Below are positions 40,694 through 49,600 of a DNA stretch of 64,000 nt, one piece after another; position 1 is the first letter of the stretch, and every line of letters starts with the position of its first letter. The notes beneath the pieces were generated by a model, which made no database searches, was not told where the DNA came from, and worked only from the letters and a program-made list of their open reading frames with translations. The DNA lies in contig JAZDPC010000056.1 in NCBI GenBank assembly GCA_043797975.1, positions 124,491 through 188,490 of the forward strand. Direction: 5' to 3'. A program made the position numbers and the translations under genes. Source of the DNA: Bacteroidota bacterium (GTDB taxonomy: Bacteria; Bacteroidota; Bacteroidia; Bacteroidales; UBA12481).

Positions 40694-41938
40694 ATGTCAA
40701 AGCCTCTGAGTCTTCTTTTCTTCGCGGTCTTCTTCGCCGCCTGCTCTCCCCTCTCCAAAACCGGCGGGAACAGTGACGATAACTATGTTGTTATGCTCTC
40801 AATGGACGGATTCCGGTGGGATTATCCTGACAGGTACCATACCCCTAACCTGGATAAGATTGCAAGTTTCGGGGTCAAGGCCGTATCCCTTCAGCCTTCC
40901 TATCCTTCCAAAACGTTTCCGAACCATTATTCCATTGCAACAGGACTTTATCCAGACCATCATGGTATCGTTCAGAACAGTTTTTATGATCCTGATCTTG
41001 ACCGTGTTTTCCGGATGGGAGACCGGAGCGCCGTTCGGGATTCCATTTTCTGGGAGGGTGAGGCAATCTGGGAAACGGCAGAAAAGCAGGGGATTACAAC
41101 CGCTTCCTATTTTTGGGTCGGATCGGAAAGCAATGAAGCGTATCGTCCGGAGTACAGAAAATTCTATGAGAGCGGATTTCCCTACAGCCAGCAGATCGAT
41201 ACCGTGATGCATTGGCTGAGACTCCCTTTGCCCGAGAGGCCGCGACTGATCATGTTTTATTTTGATGAACCGGATCTTACCAGCCACTCGTACGGGCCGG
41301 TGAGTGAAGAAACGCGCGTAGTGGTTGAAAGGCTGGATAGCCTGATCGGTATAATCACCCGCAAGCTCAGGCAGGTTGAGAGAAAGGAAAACATCAGGAT
41401 TAACCTGATTATTGTTTCCGATCATGGGATGGGAGCCGTACCCTCCGGCAACAATGTTTTCCTGCAGGATATTCTGGACCTGAGCCGGATCAGGCGGATC
41501 AACGGGGGCAGCCCGGTAATCACTCTTGAACCTGAACCGGGATACGCGGATGAGGCATACAGGCTGCTCAACTCCACTGCACACGTAAAAGTATGGAAGC
41601 GCTCCGAATTGCCGGTGCACTATCATTATGGTACCCATAGCCGGATACCGGAACTGGTGGTGGAGGCGGACAGTGCCTACGGGCTGGAAATAAGGAGAAA
41701 GGAGGAAGGAGAAGGGAGAAAGGTTTCTTTCAGCAAGGGGACGCATGGATACGATCCGTGGAATACGGATATGCACGGAATTTTTTATGCCACGGGATCT
41801 GCGTTTAAGAAAAATTTTATTCAGCCGGTCTTTGAGAATGTTGCCATTTACAACTTGTTAGCGCATATACTGAAACTGACACCGGCCAAAACCGATGGTG
41901 ATTTCGATACGATAAAAAGCGTGCTCAGGGATTACTAA
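40694..41938 (+). CDS. Ectonucleotide pyrophosphatase/phosphodiesterase (alkaline-phosphatase superfamily), secreted lipoprotein
   Basis: Lipobox FFAAC. MLSMDGFRWDY, the nucleophile context YPSKTFPNHYSIATGLYPDHHGI, and IVSDHGM. Confidence 0.85.
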   Translation: MSKPLSLLFFAVFFAACSPLSKTGGNSDDNYVVMLSMDGFRWDYPDRYHTPNLDKIASFGVKAVSLQPSYPSKTFPNHYSIATGLYPDHHGIVQNSFYDPDLDRVFRMGDRSAVRDSIFWEGEAIWETAEKQGITTASYFWVGSESNEAYRPEYRKFYESGFPYSQQIDTVMHWLRLPLPERPRLIMFYFDEPDLTSHSYGPVSEETRVVVERLDSLIGIITRKLRQVERKENIRINLIIVSDHGMGAVPSGNNVFLQDILDLSRIRRINGGSPVITLEPEPGYADEAYRLLNSTAHVKVWKRSELPVHYHYGTHSRIPELVVEADSAYGLEIRRKEEGEGRKVSFSKGTHGYDPWNTDMHGIFYATGSAFKKNFIQPVFENVAIYNLLAHILKLTPAKTDGDFDTIKSVLRDY

Positions 41939-42399
41939 AAATCGCGGTCGAGGTCAAAAACCTTTTCCATCATTACCCATTTTTCTCCGGGTTTTGCCCA
42001 GGGAACGGGAGCTTGATACTGCCAGATAAACTCAGACCACTCGGGCTGTCTTTCAAGCTTGCCCAACCTGGCCATCTGGGTTTCATAATCCCAGCCCTCA
42101 GGGGCCTCCAGGATCATGAACATCCTTGTGCCGACGAGGTAGATCTCCATATCCGTAATCCCCGCTTCTTTGATCCCACGCGGGATTTCAGGCCAGATGC
42201 CCTCCTTCGTGTGATAATATTTGTACTGTTTGATTTTTTCCGGATCATCACGGAGGTCGAGGGTCATGCAGTAACGTTTCATTTTGGTTGATGAGGTGGT
42301 AGTTGAAGGGGTTGAAATGGTTGAATTGGTTGAAGGAGTTGGTTTACAACCGGTGAGAGCCAAAAGCAGGATAACCGTGCATACAATTGATGTTTTCAT
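41935..42399 (-). CDS. L-rhamnose mutarotase-like protein with a lipoprotein signal and S/T-rich linker
   Basis: LALTGC lipobox, a TPSTNSTISTPSTTTSSTK linker, then the DUF718/RhaM core (RYCMTLDLRDDPEKIKQYKYYH...IWPEIPRGIKEAGITDMEIY). Confidence 0.65.
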   Translation of the reverse strand: MKTSIVCTVILLLALTGCKPTPSTNSTISTPSTTTSSTKMKRYCMTLDLRDDPEKIKQYKYYHTKEGIWPEIPRGIKEAGITDMEIYLVGTRMFMILEAPEGWDYETQMARLGKLERQPEWSEFIWQYQAPVPWAKPGEKWVMMEKVFDLDRDF

Positions 42400-42402
42400 A
42401 GT

Positions 42403-45400
42403 TTAACGAAGGGTTATTTTTTCGTTCCATTCGCCGGAGTCGGTGTGGATGTTAATCAGGTATAGTCCTTTGGGTTCCTCATATAAAGAGAAGGATTCGG
42501 ACATAGAGCCCAAGAAGGAGCGAATTAAACGCTCGGTCACGATTTGTCCGTTCAGGTTCATAATGCGGATACGGATATCCCCCGGCATCGCCTGATCCAG
42601 ATCAATGGAGAAACTCCCGTTTGACGGATTCGGGTAGATTTTCAATCCGGATGGTTTAACCAGGTCGGGAATACCGGCAATGCTCACGAACAGCTCGATA
42701 TTATCAACGGCAGCCCCGCCTGCCTTTTCGTATCCGTTGTCATAAATGAAACCAATCTGGGTCTTCGCGGAAATGGCCTCCGGAGGAAGAATGACAGTCG
42801 TCGTCGTCCATACCCAGTCTGCCTGCCCCGATGGAGGAAACTGTTCCAGGATGGTCCAGGCTTTTTCGGGTGAGGTCCTGTAAGCTATGCAGAACTTGCT
42901 GGTATCATTGTTTTGCAGGAAGGCTGATGCAAACCGCAGGCTCAACTCGCTTCCGGTGTGGGAAGTAAGATCCATGACCGGTGAGGCGAGGCAGCCTGTA
43001 ATATGAGTGCCGGCAGATCCGGAAAGGCTCTCGATACCGTAAAAATGATCGTCGTTTCTCGGAATGCCCAAATCCATTGATGTTCCGTAAAGCCAGCCGT
43101 TAGCTGCTTTGTTACCCGCCCATCCGGCAGTACTTTGATTGAAATCGACTGAATAGGGAAGGATAACAGGATCGATCAGAATGGCAGAAGCCCTGTTGGA
43201 AGGATCGGAATAGGTGTTGCCAAAGTACTCGGCAACCACGTAATAGGTGTAATCCGTATTTTTCTCAACCAGATCATCAGAATAGAAGGGTGAGGTACTC
43301 ATCCCGTAATACTGGTTATTCCGGTATATCCTGTAATTGGTCAGGTATTGCGGGTAAAACGGGGCATTCCAATACAGGCAGATAGCCGAAGAAGCAGGAA
43401 CAGCCTGCAGGGCAGTAACCGGGAGGATAGGCATGGATGCTGCCAGACCCGTTTCCCAAAGACCCCTGCCGAAAGTAGCAGCTCTGAGCCGTGACTTGTT
43501 GCGGTCGAGATGATCGTAATAGATTTCCAGGTCGGTTATTTCAGCTGCTGCGGGTAATCCGGCATTGAAAAAAACCCAGTCGGTCATATCAGCATCGCGG
43601 TAATAAACACCGGCATCGGTTCCAACATACAGGCCTTCATTACCGGACTTATCAAATGCTATGCTATTCATTGCAATGGAAGGCAGGCTGCCGCTGATAT
43701 CGGTCCAGGTTTCTCCTTTGTCGGCAGATTTATAAACCTTTCTGCCCAATGTTATATACACGGTCAACGGATCGTACGGATGAGCCTCGATATCTGAAGC
43801 GATATTTTCTGTCGGGAGGTTTGAGGAGAGGTCTAGCCAAACAGGTACCGGCAGGGTGAAATCATCCGTGCGGAAAAATTTCCGGTCCTGGCGCGAGGCA
43901 TAAAGCACTTTCAGATCAGCCGGCGATTGTTCGAGAGCGGTCATGAGGACATCATCCCTGCCTGCCAGATTGGAGGTGATCTTCTTCCAGGAAATATTCG
44001 TGTTCTTTAAATCGTGTGTGATCCAGATGTTCTTATATCCGGCTATCATTGTATTCCCGTCTTCCTCGTGAATGATGAACGGAGTGATCCAGGCACCCTT
44101 TTCGGTGATGCCATTGCTCCCTTCCCCGGCAACGCGCCTCTGGTACCCGTTAAACAGGAGCTGGTCGATATATCCGTAGTAAAGAGTAATATAACTATAC
44201 TGATAATCTGCCGGGTCAAAGGCACACTCCATTCCGTCACCGCCTCCGGAGGTCCACCATTCGGTACCGATCCAGGTTGCACTTCCGTTATCCTGGAATC
44301 CGGTAACAATCTTTTGCGAATTGGTCAGGCTGACTCCGAGCCGGTAGATCTGGCCAATACCCAGGCCTTCCGTGATCTCTTTCCAGCTTGTTCCCTGGTT
44401 ATCGGTATAGTAAATTCCTCCATCGTTGCCCGCGTAAAGCCTTTTATTGGCCGGATTGTAGTAAAAGGTATGCTGATCAGCGTGAATTTCCTGGGCACCG
44501 GAACCGGTCCAATGACCCGTGATTCTCCATGCCTTTCCTCCGTTGTCGGATCGCCACAGATTGACTCCGCCAACGTGAAGAACCTGTGCGTTCAAAGGAT
44601 CAACATGGAAGCAGAGATCATACCAGGCCTGACTTCCAACATCACTCCCATCCTGTGCGTAACCAAGAATATTGGGGGTTGTCGACTGGGTTATGAAGGT
44701 TTTCCCGTCGTCCTGTGAAACGTAACAGCCGACAAAAGAATCGGCACCGCTGATCAGGTAAACCAGGTTTGGGGCGGCCGGGGTTACGCCGATCACGAGA
44801 CGGCCTGTTTTAGGAAGTCCATTGCTATCCGGGACCTGAAGCCAGGTTTCGCCTGCATCTTCACTGCGGAAGAAAGCGGTAGTATTGGCAATGATGGAAT
44901 AGGCGATATTGTGGTTACCCGGCTTGAATTTTACATCCTTATAATGTCCGGTGACTTCGGTCTGTTTGGTCCAGGTGGCGCCTCCATTGATGGTTTTAAA
45001 AATTCCGCCGCTGGTTGCGGCCAGGATCAGATCGGGATTCGTTTCGCTGCGGGCAAACATGCCGACTGTCACATTACCCATTCCCGTGTTGTACTGTTCC
45101 CAGCTCTGGCCGTCGTCGGTGCTCCGGATGACCCCGATACCCCGGGCATCGCCATGATCGCGGTCGCCGGTGCCAACCAGGATTTCATTTGTACGGGTAG
45201 GATGGATGAGTATGGCTGAAGCCCCAAGCGATGGAAGCTCTTCTGTCAACGGCTGCCAGTCCGCACCTCCGTTAGTCGTTTTCCAAACGCCGCCCGATGG
45301 GGCACATACGTATACAATGCTGGTATCAGCAGGGTTGCAGGCAATGGCATTTAACCGTCCCAATCCGGTATATCCGCCATAGTTCACGCGGGTTTTCGGA

Positions 45401-45786
45401 CCGAGTTCAGTCCAGGGCATGTCGGAGCTTTTCAGCGATTCCGACTTCGGATGCTCCCGGATATATCTGGCATATTCCCGGCTGACGTAGCCCGGTTCAG
45501 GGAAAGTGCCATCAGGATTGATGCGGAACAACCAATAATTTTCCCATCTCTTGAAGGGTTTATAACCGTCACCCCGATGGGTAGTCCGGTTTTCCCAGTA
45601 AGTATAAAATGCTTTCTGGGTCTCAAAGAAATTTCCCTTTGGATCTTCCATCATTCCAATCCAGGCTGGATAGGCTGAATAATCCGTATCGGGAACGGTT
45701 TGGGCAGAGATCTGCAGAGATGCCGCCAGACCGGTAGCAGAGATGATAAGAAAAGCAATGAACCAGTGGTTAATTCTGATCTGCAT
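42403..45786 (-). CDS. Large T9SS cargo: BNR/Asp-box double beta-propeller (sortilin/VPS10- or GH74-like), FN3, MAM/choice-of-anchor-J-like domain, CTD
   Basis: 1127 aa with a signal peptide. Multiple Asp-box motifs (STDDGQSW, TINGGATW, SEDAGETW, SDNGGKAW, TDNQGTSW, SADKGETW). C-terminal LKIYPNPSNGSFSIDL...GLYLINIHT. Confidence 0.65.
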   Translation of the reverse strand: MQIRINHWFIAFLIISATGLAASLQISAQTVPDTDYSAYPAWIGMMEDPKGNFFETQKAFYTYWENRTTHRGDGYKPFKRWENYWLFRINPDGTFPEPGYVSREYARYIREHPKSESLKSSDMPWTELGPKTRVNYGGYTGLGRLNAIACNPADTSIVYVCAPSGGVWKTTNGGADWQPLTEELPSLGASAILIHPTRTNEILVGTGDRDHGDARGIGVIRSTDDGQSWEQYNTGMGNVTVGMFARSETNPDLILAATSGGIFKTINGGATWTKQTEVTGHYKDVKFKPGNHNIAYSIIANTTAFFRSEDAGETWLQVPDSNGLPKTGRLVIGVTPAAPNLVYLISGADSFVGCYVSQDDGKTFITQSTTPNILGYAQDGSDVGSQAWYDLCFHVDPLNAQVLHVGGVNLWRSDNGGKAWRITGHWTGSGAQEIHADQHTFYYNPANKRLYAGNDGGIYYTDNQGTSWKEITEGLGIGQIYRLGVSLTNSQKIVTGFQDNGSATWIGTEWWTSGGGDGMECAFDPADYQYSYITLYYGYIDQLLFNGYQRRVAGEGSNGITEKGAWITPFIIHEEDGNTMIAGYKNIWITHDLKNTNISWKKITSNLAGRDDVLMTALEQSPADLKVLYASRQDRKFFRTDDFTLPVPVWLDLSSNLPTENIASDIEAHPYDPLTVYITLGRKVYKSADKGETWTDISGSLPSIAMNSIAFDKSGNEGLYVGTDAGVYYRDADMTDWVFFNAGLPAAAEITDLEIYYDHLDRNKSRLRAATFGRGLWETGLAASMPILPVTALQAVPASSAICLYWNAPFYPQYLTNYRIYRNNQYYGMSTSPFYSDDLVEKNTDYTYYVVAEYFGNTYSDPSNRASAILIDPVILPYSVDFNQSTAGWAGNKAANGWLYGTSMDLGIPRNDDHFYGIESLSGSAGTHITGCLASPVMDLTSHTGSELSLRFASAFLQNNDTSKFCIAYRTSPEKAWTILEQFPPSGQADWVWTTTTVILPPEAISAKTQIGFIYDNGYEKAGGAAVDNIELFVSIAGIPDLVKPSGLKIYPNPSNGSFSIDLDQAMPGDIRIRIMNLNGQIVTERLIRSFLGSMSESFSLYEEPKGLYLINIHTDSGEWNEKITLR

Positions 45787-45838
45787 TTTGGGCTTGATTA
45801 CAGTGGTAAATAGAGATGCAAGTTACGGAACTCTGCTG

Positions 45839-45876
45839 AAAAAAAGATGCCGGACAGAACTTCTGCCCGGCATCTC
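45839..45876 (-). terminator. Rho-independent terminator between the two large paralogs
   Basis: On the minus strand: gagatgccggg-cagaagttctgt-ccggcatc followed by ttttttt. Confidence 0.65.
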
Positions 45877-45896
45877 ATTCTATTTTGCCCGGATAG

Positions 45897-48800
45897 CTAG
45901 TGAAGTGTGATCTTTTCAATCCATTCACCTGCGGCCGACTGGACGATCAATTGGTACATACCTTTGGGCTGGCTGGTCAGATCAATTGATTCAGACACTG
46001 TTCCCGATGCATAGTCAAGCCTTTTTTCGAGTATTGCCTGTCCTGTGATGCTCACAACCCGGATGGTTACATTGCCTGGCTTGGCAAGTGCCATGTTCAG
46101 GTGGAACAGACCGTTGCCCGGGTTCGGATAAACAGTGATCTTCGACAGGTAATCAATAGGTTTTGCTGATGTTGAATTTACGAAAAGCTGAACATCGTCT
46201 ATTGCGGCACCGTATGCATAGGTGTTCGAATTTGTATAATAGAATCCGATTTGCATGGTGGAAGTCAAAGCCCTTTCAGGCAGGTTAATCTCTGTTGTAT
46301 CCCATTTCCAGGTTTGTGTACTTGGGGGCTTCATATCGACCAGTTTCACCCAGGCACTGTCAGGAGCCGGACGATAATTAATGTTGAATTTATCGTAGTT
46401 GATCCATTTTCTCATCGTATAGGCGAATTTCAGCGTAATAGTCTGGCCCGTGTAACTGCTCAGGTCAATGGCTGGAGTGGTCAGGTAGTCTTTCACGTTG
46501 ACGCCTTCTCCGGCAGCGAAACTGCTGGCAGCAAAGAATTTCCCCTCGCGCCCCGGGACCTGGAGCTGTTCAGAAGTGCCATATTTCCAACCCTCGAGAG
46601 TGTATTTTGCCTGATATCCTCCTGTACTGTTATCGAATGACTGGCTGTACGGTAGAACGATTGGCGACACGATGGTTGCCGATGCTTCATTTGAATGGGG
46701 GCTCTCGATATTCCCGGTGTACATTGCTGTAATGGTATAAGTATAGGTAACATCCGGGACGATAGTCAAATCGGTATAGGAGCTTCCGTTGATAGAATTA
46801 AGCAGTTCGCCATTCCGGTAAATCCTGTATCCCGTTACAGTCTGCTGATAGAAAGGATTCTGCCAGTTCAGTTCAATGGCCCCATCCACATCTGTTGCGG
46901 TAAGCATAGTGGGCGGCAGGATAGCGTTGGATGAAGCCAGGGCAACTTCCCACATGCCCCTGCCATAGGTGGAGGCGCGCAAACGGGAACTGGTCCTGAG
47001 GCTCCGGTCATAATATATCTCGACTTCGGTAACTTCAACGTTTACCGGTAATCCGGTACCGTGCAGGACCCAGTCTGTCATCGATGCATCACGATAGTAA
47101 ACACCGGCATCGGTTGAGATGTACATCCCGTCGTCGCTGGTTTTGTCACAGGCAATGCTGTTGATGTTGATATCCGGAAGGGTACCTGAAATATTTTCCC
47201 AGGTTCCTCCTTTGTTGAACGATTTATAGATCTTGTTGTTCAAGGCCATGTACACAACGTTTTCATCATACGGGTAACATTCAACATCCGCAGGAGTGCC
47301 CGATGAAGGCAACTGTGCCGTCAGGTTGGTCCAGATGACCGTTGAGTCCATCAGGTTTTCAGTCCGGAACAATTTACTGTCTGACCGGGCTGCAAAGAGC
47401 AGATTGATGTTTGCGGGCGAATGTTCCAGTACGCTCATGTCAGAACTATTGCTGCCCGCCAGGTTGTTTGATATTTTTGTAAAGGAAATTGTACCCAGAT
47501 TCCGGATATTTCTTGACATCCAGACGTTTTTATATCCGGCAACCATCACATTTCCATCCCATTCACTGATCAGATATGGTGTGACCCAGGCACCTTTTTC
47601 AGTAATTCCGTTGACATTTTCAGCTGCAACCTGCCGGCCGCTGGCATCGTTTGTATAGCGGGTGATAGCACCGAAATAGCAGGCCGTATAATTCCATTTG
47701 GAGTCAAAGGGATCGATGACGCATTCCATGCCGTCACCGCCGCCGGAGGTAATCCAGTGGGTACCCAGATAAGTGGCGCATCCGTTATCCTGAAATCCGC
47801 ATGAAACCTTATTCTTATTGTTAGGCGATACACCCAGCCTGTACATCTGGCCGATACCAAGGCCCTGGCTGATCTCTGTCCAGGTAGCGCCCTGGTTCTG
47901 GCTCCAGTAAATACCGCCGTCGTTGCCGTTATAAATCCTGTTGTTTACAGGATTAAGTGCAAAGGTGTGATGATCGGCATGAACCTCGCTGGTCCGGTCG
48001 CCCCACCAATGGCCTTCACAAACCCAGGTTTTTCCGCTATCGGATGATTTCCAAAGGTTAACGCCTCCTATATGAACAATGGTCGGAATCTGGGGATCGA
48101 CATGGATGATCAGATCATACCAGGCCTGGCTTCCCTCATCATCGGCATCAAAGGACCAACCCAGGATATTGGGGGTTGTGGATTGAGTGGTGAAGGTTTG
48201 GCCAAAGTCCCTGGAAAGGAAGGTTCCCTGATATTCATCCGCACCGGCAAGCAGATAGACCAAACTGTCGTTTGCCGGTGTGGTACCGATCACCAGCCTG
48301 CCGCCGGTTACATATCCGACAGAAGGAGGCATCTGGATCCAGGTCTGACCGCCGTCGGTAGTCCGGTAGAAACGGTCGTCTGCAGTGGCATAAGCCACGC
48401 TGCTGCTCCGCGGGCGGAATTTAACGTCCCGGTAATTTGAACTGTTGGATGAGGTCTTTGTCCAATCCTGGCCGCCATTGGTTGTAACGAACATGCCACC
48501 GTTGCCGGCTGCCAGGATATGATCGGGATTGTTCGGGTCCTGGGCAAACATGCCGATCGTGTAGTTACCCATCCCGTTATTGTATGCGGTGAATGACTGT
48601 CCGCCGTCTGTACTGCGGAAAACTCCCAGGCCGGGTGCATTACCGCCGTCGCGGTCACCGGTCCCGATCAGGATATTATTGGGTTCGCTCTGATCAACCA
48701 GGATAGCTGAAACGCCAAGGGTAGGCATCGTATCGGTAGCCGTTGTCCAGGTAAGGCCACCGTCATGGGTAATCCAAAAACCTCCGGATGGAGCCCCGAT

Positions 48801-49271
48801 GTAAACGGTCGAGGTATCGGTCGGATGAAAAGCAATAGCATTGATCCTGCCGTTGCCCATATATCCCCCGATACCTACCCGGGTTTTCGGGCCGAGTTCG
48901 ATCCACTGGGGACCTCCGGTTTTCAGGTCTCTTACGGGATGAGCTGCTGCATATCGTGAGTATTCCTTGTAAACATGGTCAGGAGCCCGGAGTGTACCGT
49001 CGGGATCGAGCCGGCTTTGCCAGTAATATTCCCATCTTTTAAAGGGCTTGTATCCTGTTCCCCGGGTAGGCGTGCGGCCTTCCCAGTAAGTATAGAATGC
49101 TTTCTGAACTTCGAAGAAATTTGCATTCGGTTCCAACATCATCTCTCTCCAATAAGGATGTGTGGCATAATCCTTAGTATCCTGTCCTGTTGGGTTTTGA
49201 GCGCTGGTTGATTGGAATCCCAGCAAAAGCGCCATGCACAGAGTTAAAGCAAGCAAGAGTTTGTTTTTCAT
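45897..49271 (-). CDS. Large T9SS cargo, tandem paralog of 42403-45786
   Basis: It has the same architecture. An 80-residue N-terminal stretch aligned by eye shows 48 of 80 identical residues (e.g. QKAFYTYWE.RT..RG.GYKPFKRWE.YW). The CTD reads ITVYPNPGNGLFHLNM...GMYQLIVQS. The start was moved to MKNKLLLALTL. Confidence 0.65.
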   Translation of the reverse strand: MKNKLLLALTLCMALLLGFQSTSAQNPTGQDTKDYATHPYWREMMLEPNANFFEVQKAFYTYWEGRTPTRGTGYKPFKRWEYYWQSRLDPDGTLRAPDHVYKEYSRYAAAHPVRDLKTGGPQWIELGPKTRVGIGGYMGNGRINAIAFHPTDTSTVYIGAPSGGFWITHDGGLTWTTATDTMPTLGVSAILVDQSEPNNILIGTGDRDGGNAPGLGVFRSTDGGQSFTAYNNGMGNYTIGMFAQDPNNPDHILAAGNGGMFVTTNGGQDWTKTSSNSSNYRDVKFRPRSSSVAYATADDRFYRTTDGGQTWIQMPPSVGYVTGGRLVIGTTPANDSLVYLLAGADEYQGTFLSRDFGQTFTTQSTTPNILGWSFDADDEGSQAWYDLIIHVDPQIPTIVHIGGVNLWKSSDSGKTWVCEGHWWGDRTSEVHADHHTFALNPVNNRIYNGNDGGIYWSQNQGATWTEISQGLGIGQMYRLGVSPNNKNKVSCGFQDNGCATYLGTHWITSGGGDGMECVIDPFDSKWNYTACYFGAITRYTNDASGRQVAAENVNGITEKGAWVTPYLISEWDGNVMVAGYKNVWMSRNIRNLGTISFTKISNNLAGSNSSDMSVLEHSPANINLLFAARSDSKLFRTENLMDSTVIWTNLTAQLPSSGTPADVECYPYDENVVYMALNNKIYKSFNKGGTWENISGTLPDININSIACDKTSDDGMYISTDAGVYYRDASMTDWVLHGTGLPVNVEVTEVEIYYDRSLRTSSRLRASTYGRGMWEVALASSNAILPPTMLTATDVDGAIELNWQNPFYQQTVTGYRIYRNGELLNSINGSSYTDLTIVPDVTYTYTITAMYTGNIESPHSNEASATIVSPIVLPYSQSFDNSTGGYQAKYTLEGWKYGTSEQLQVPGREGKFFAASSFAAGEGVNVKDYLTTPAIDLSSYTGQTITLKFAYTMRKWINYDKFNINYRPAPDSAWVKLVDMKPPSTQTWKWDTTEINLPERALTSTMQIGFYYTNSNTYAYGAAIDDVQLFVNSTSAKPIDYLSKITVYPNPGNGLFHLNMALAKPGNVTIRVVSITGQAILEKRLDYASGTVSESIDLTSQPKGMYQLIVQSAAGEWIEKITLH

Positions 49272-49333
49272 TCGAGTACTGTTTATTGATGTGAAACGGG
49301 CAAGCATAGTTTTGCAAGTTTACGAAATAAAGC

Positions 49334-49371
49334 TAAAAAAAGAAGTCCCGGACGACAGATGATCCGGGACT
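49334..49371 (-). terminator. Rho-independent terminator downstream of the tRNA-Arg pair
   Basis: On the minus strand: agtcccgg-atcatctgtcgt-ccgggact followed by tctttttttt. Confidence 0.65.
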
Positions 49372-49386
49372 TTCTCAGTTTACCAG

Positions 49387-49458
49387 TAGCCCCGACAGGA
49401 CTCGAACCTGTATCTATAGTTCCGGAAACTATCATTCTATCCCTTGAACTACGAGGCC
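49387..49458 (-). tRNA. tRNA-Arg (anticodon CCG)
   Basis: Hand-folded 72-nt cloverleaf: GGCCTCG TA GTTC AAGGGATA GAAT G ATAGT TTCCGGA ACTAT AGAT ACAGG TTCGAGT CCTGT CGGGGCT A. CCA is not encoded. Confidence 0.9.
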
Positions 49459-49474
49459 TTGGCCAATATTTCAG

Positions 49475-49546
49475 TAGCCTCACCAGGACTCGAACCTGAA
49501 TTTAAAGTTTAGGAAACTTCCGTTCTATCCCTTGAACTATGAGGCC
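49475..49546 (-). tRNA. tRNA-Arg (anticodon CCU)
   Basis: Hand-folded 72-nt cloverleaf: GGCCTCA TA GTTC AAGGGATA GAAC G GAAGT TTCCTAA ACTTT AAAT TCAGG TTCGAGT CCTGG TGAGGCT A. Confidence 0.9.
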
Positions 49547-49559
49547 GCAAATGCGGATG

Positions 49560-49589
49560 CAAAAATACGAAAAAATCCTTTTAGCCAAA
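49560..49589 (-). promoter_or_regulatory. Bacteroidota sigma-A promoter for the tRNA-Arg pair: -33 TTTG, 18-nt spacer, -7 TAttTTTG
   Basis: The minus strand reads cagTTTGgctaaaaggattttttcgTATTTTTGcatccgcatttgc, then the tRNA 5' end. Both consensus elements are intact. Confidence 0.6.
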
Positions 49590-49600
49590 CTGCTGCTTTT

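Noticed and set aside
40799-41776. A 325-aa ORF antisense to the ENPP gene. Similar long antisense ORFs occur at 51061-51987, 29348-30136, 8399-9169, 7373-8092, 15523-16089, 21084-21650, 60844-61404 and 44014-44718.
   Set aside because: Each lies wholly inside a gene with strong family motifs on the opposite strand. Their translations are low-complexity (R/G/P/H-rich) and have no recognisable domains. They are typical shadow ORFs.
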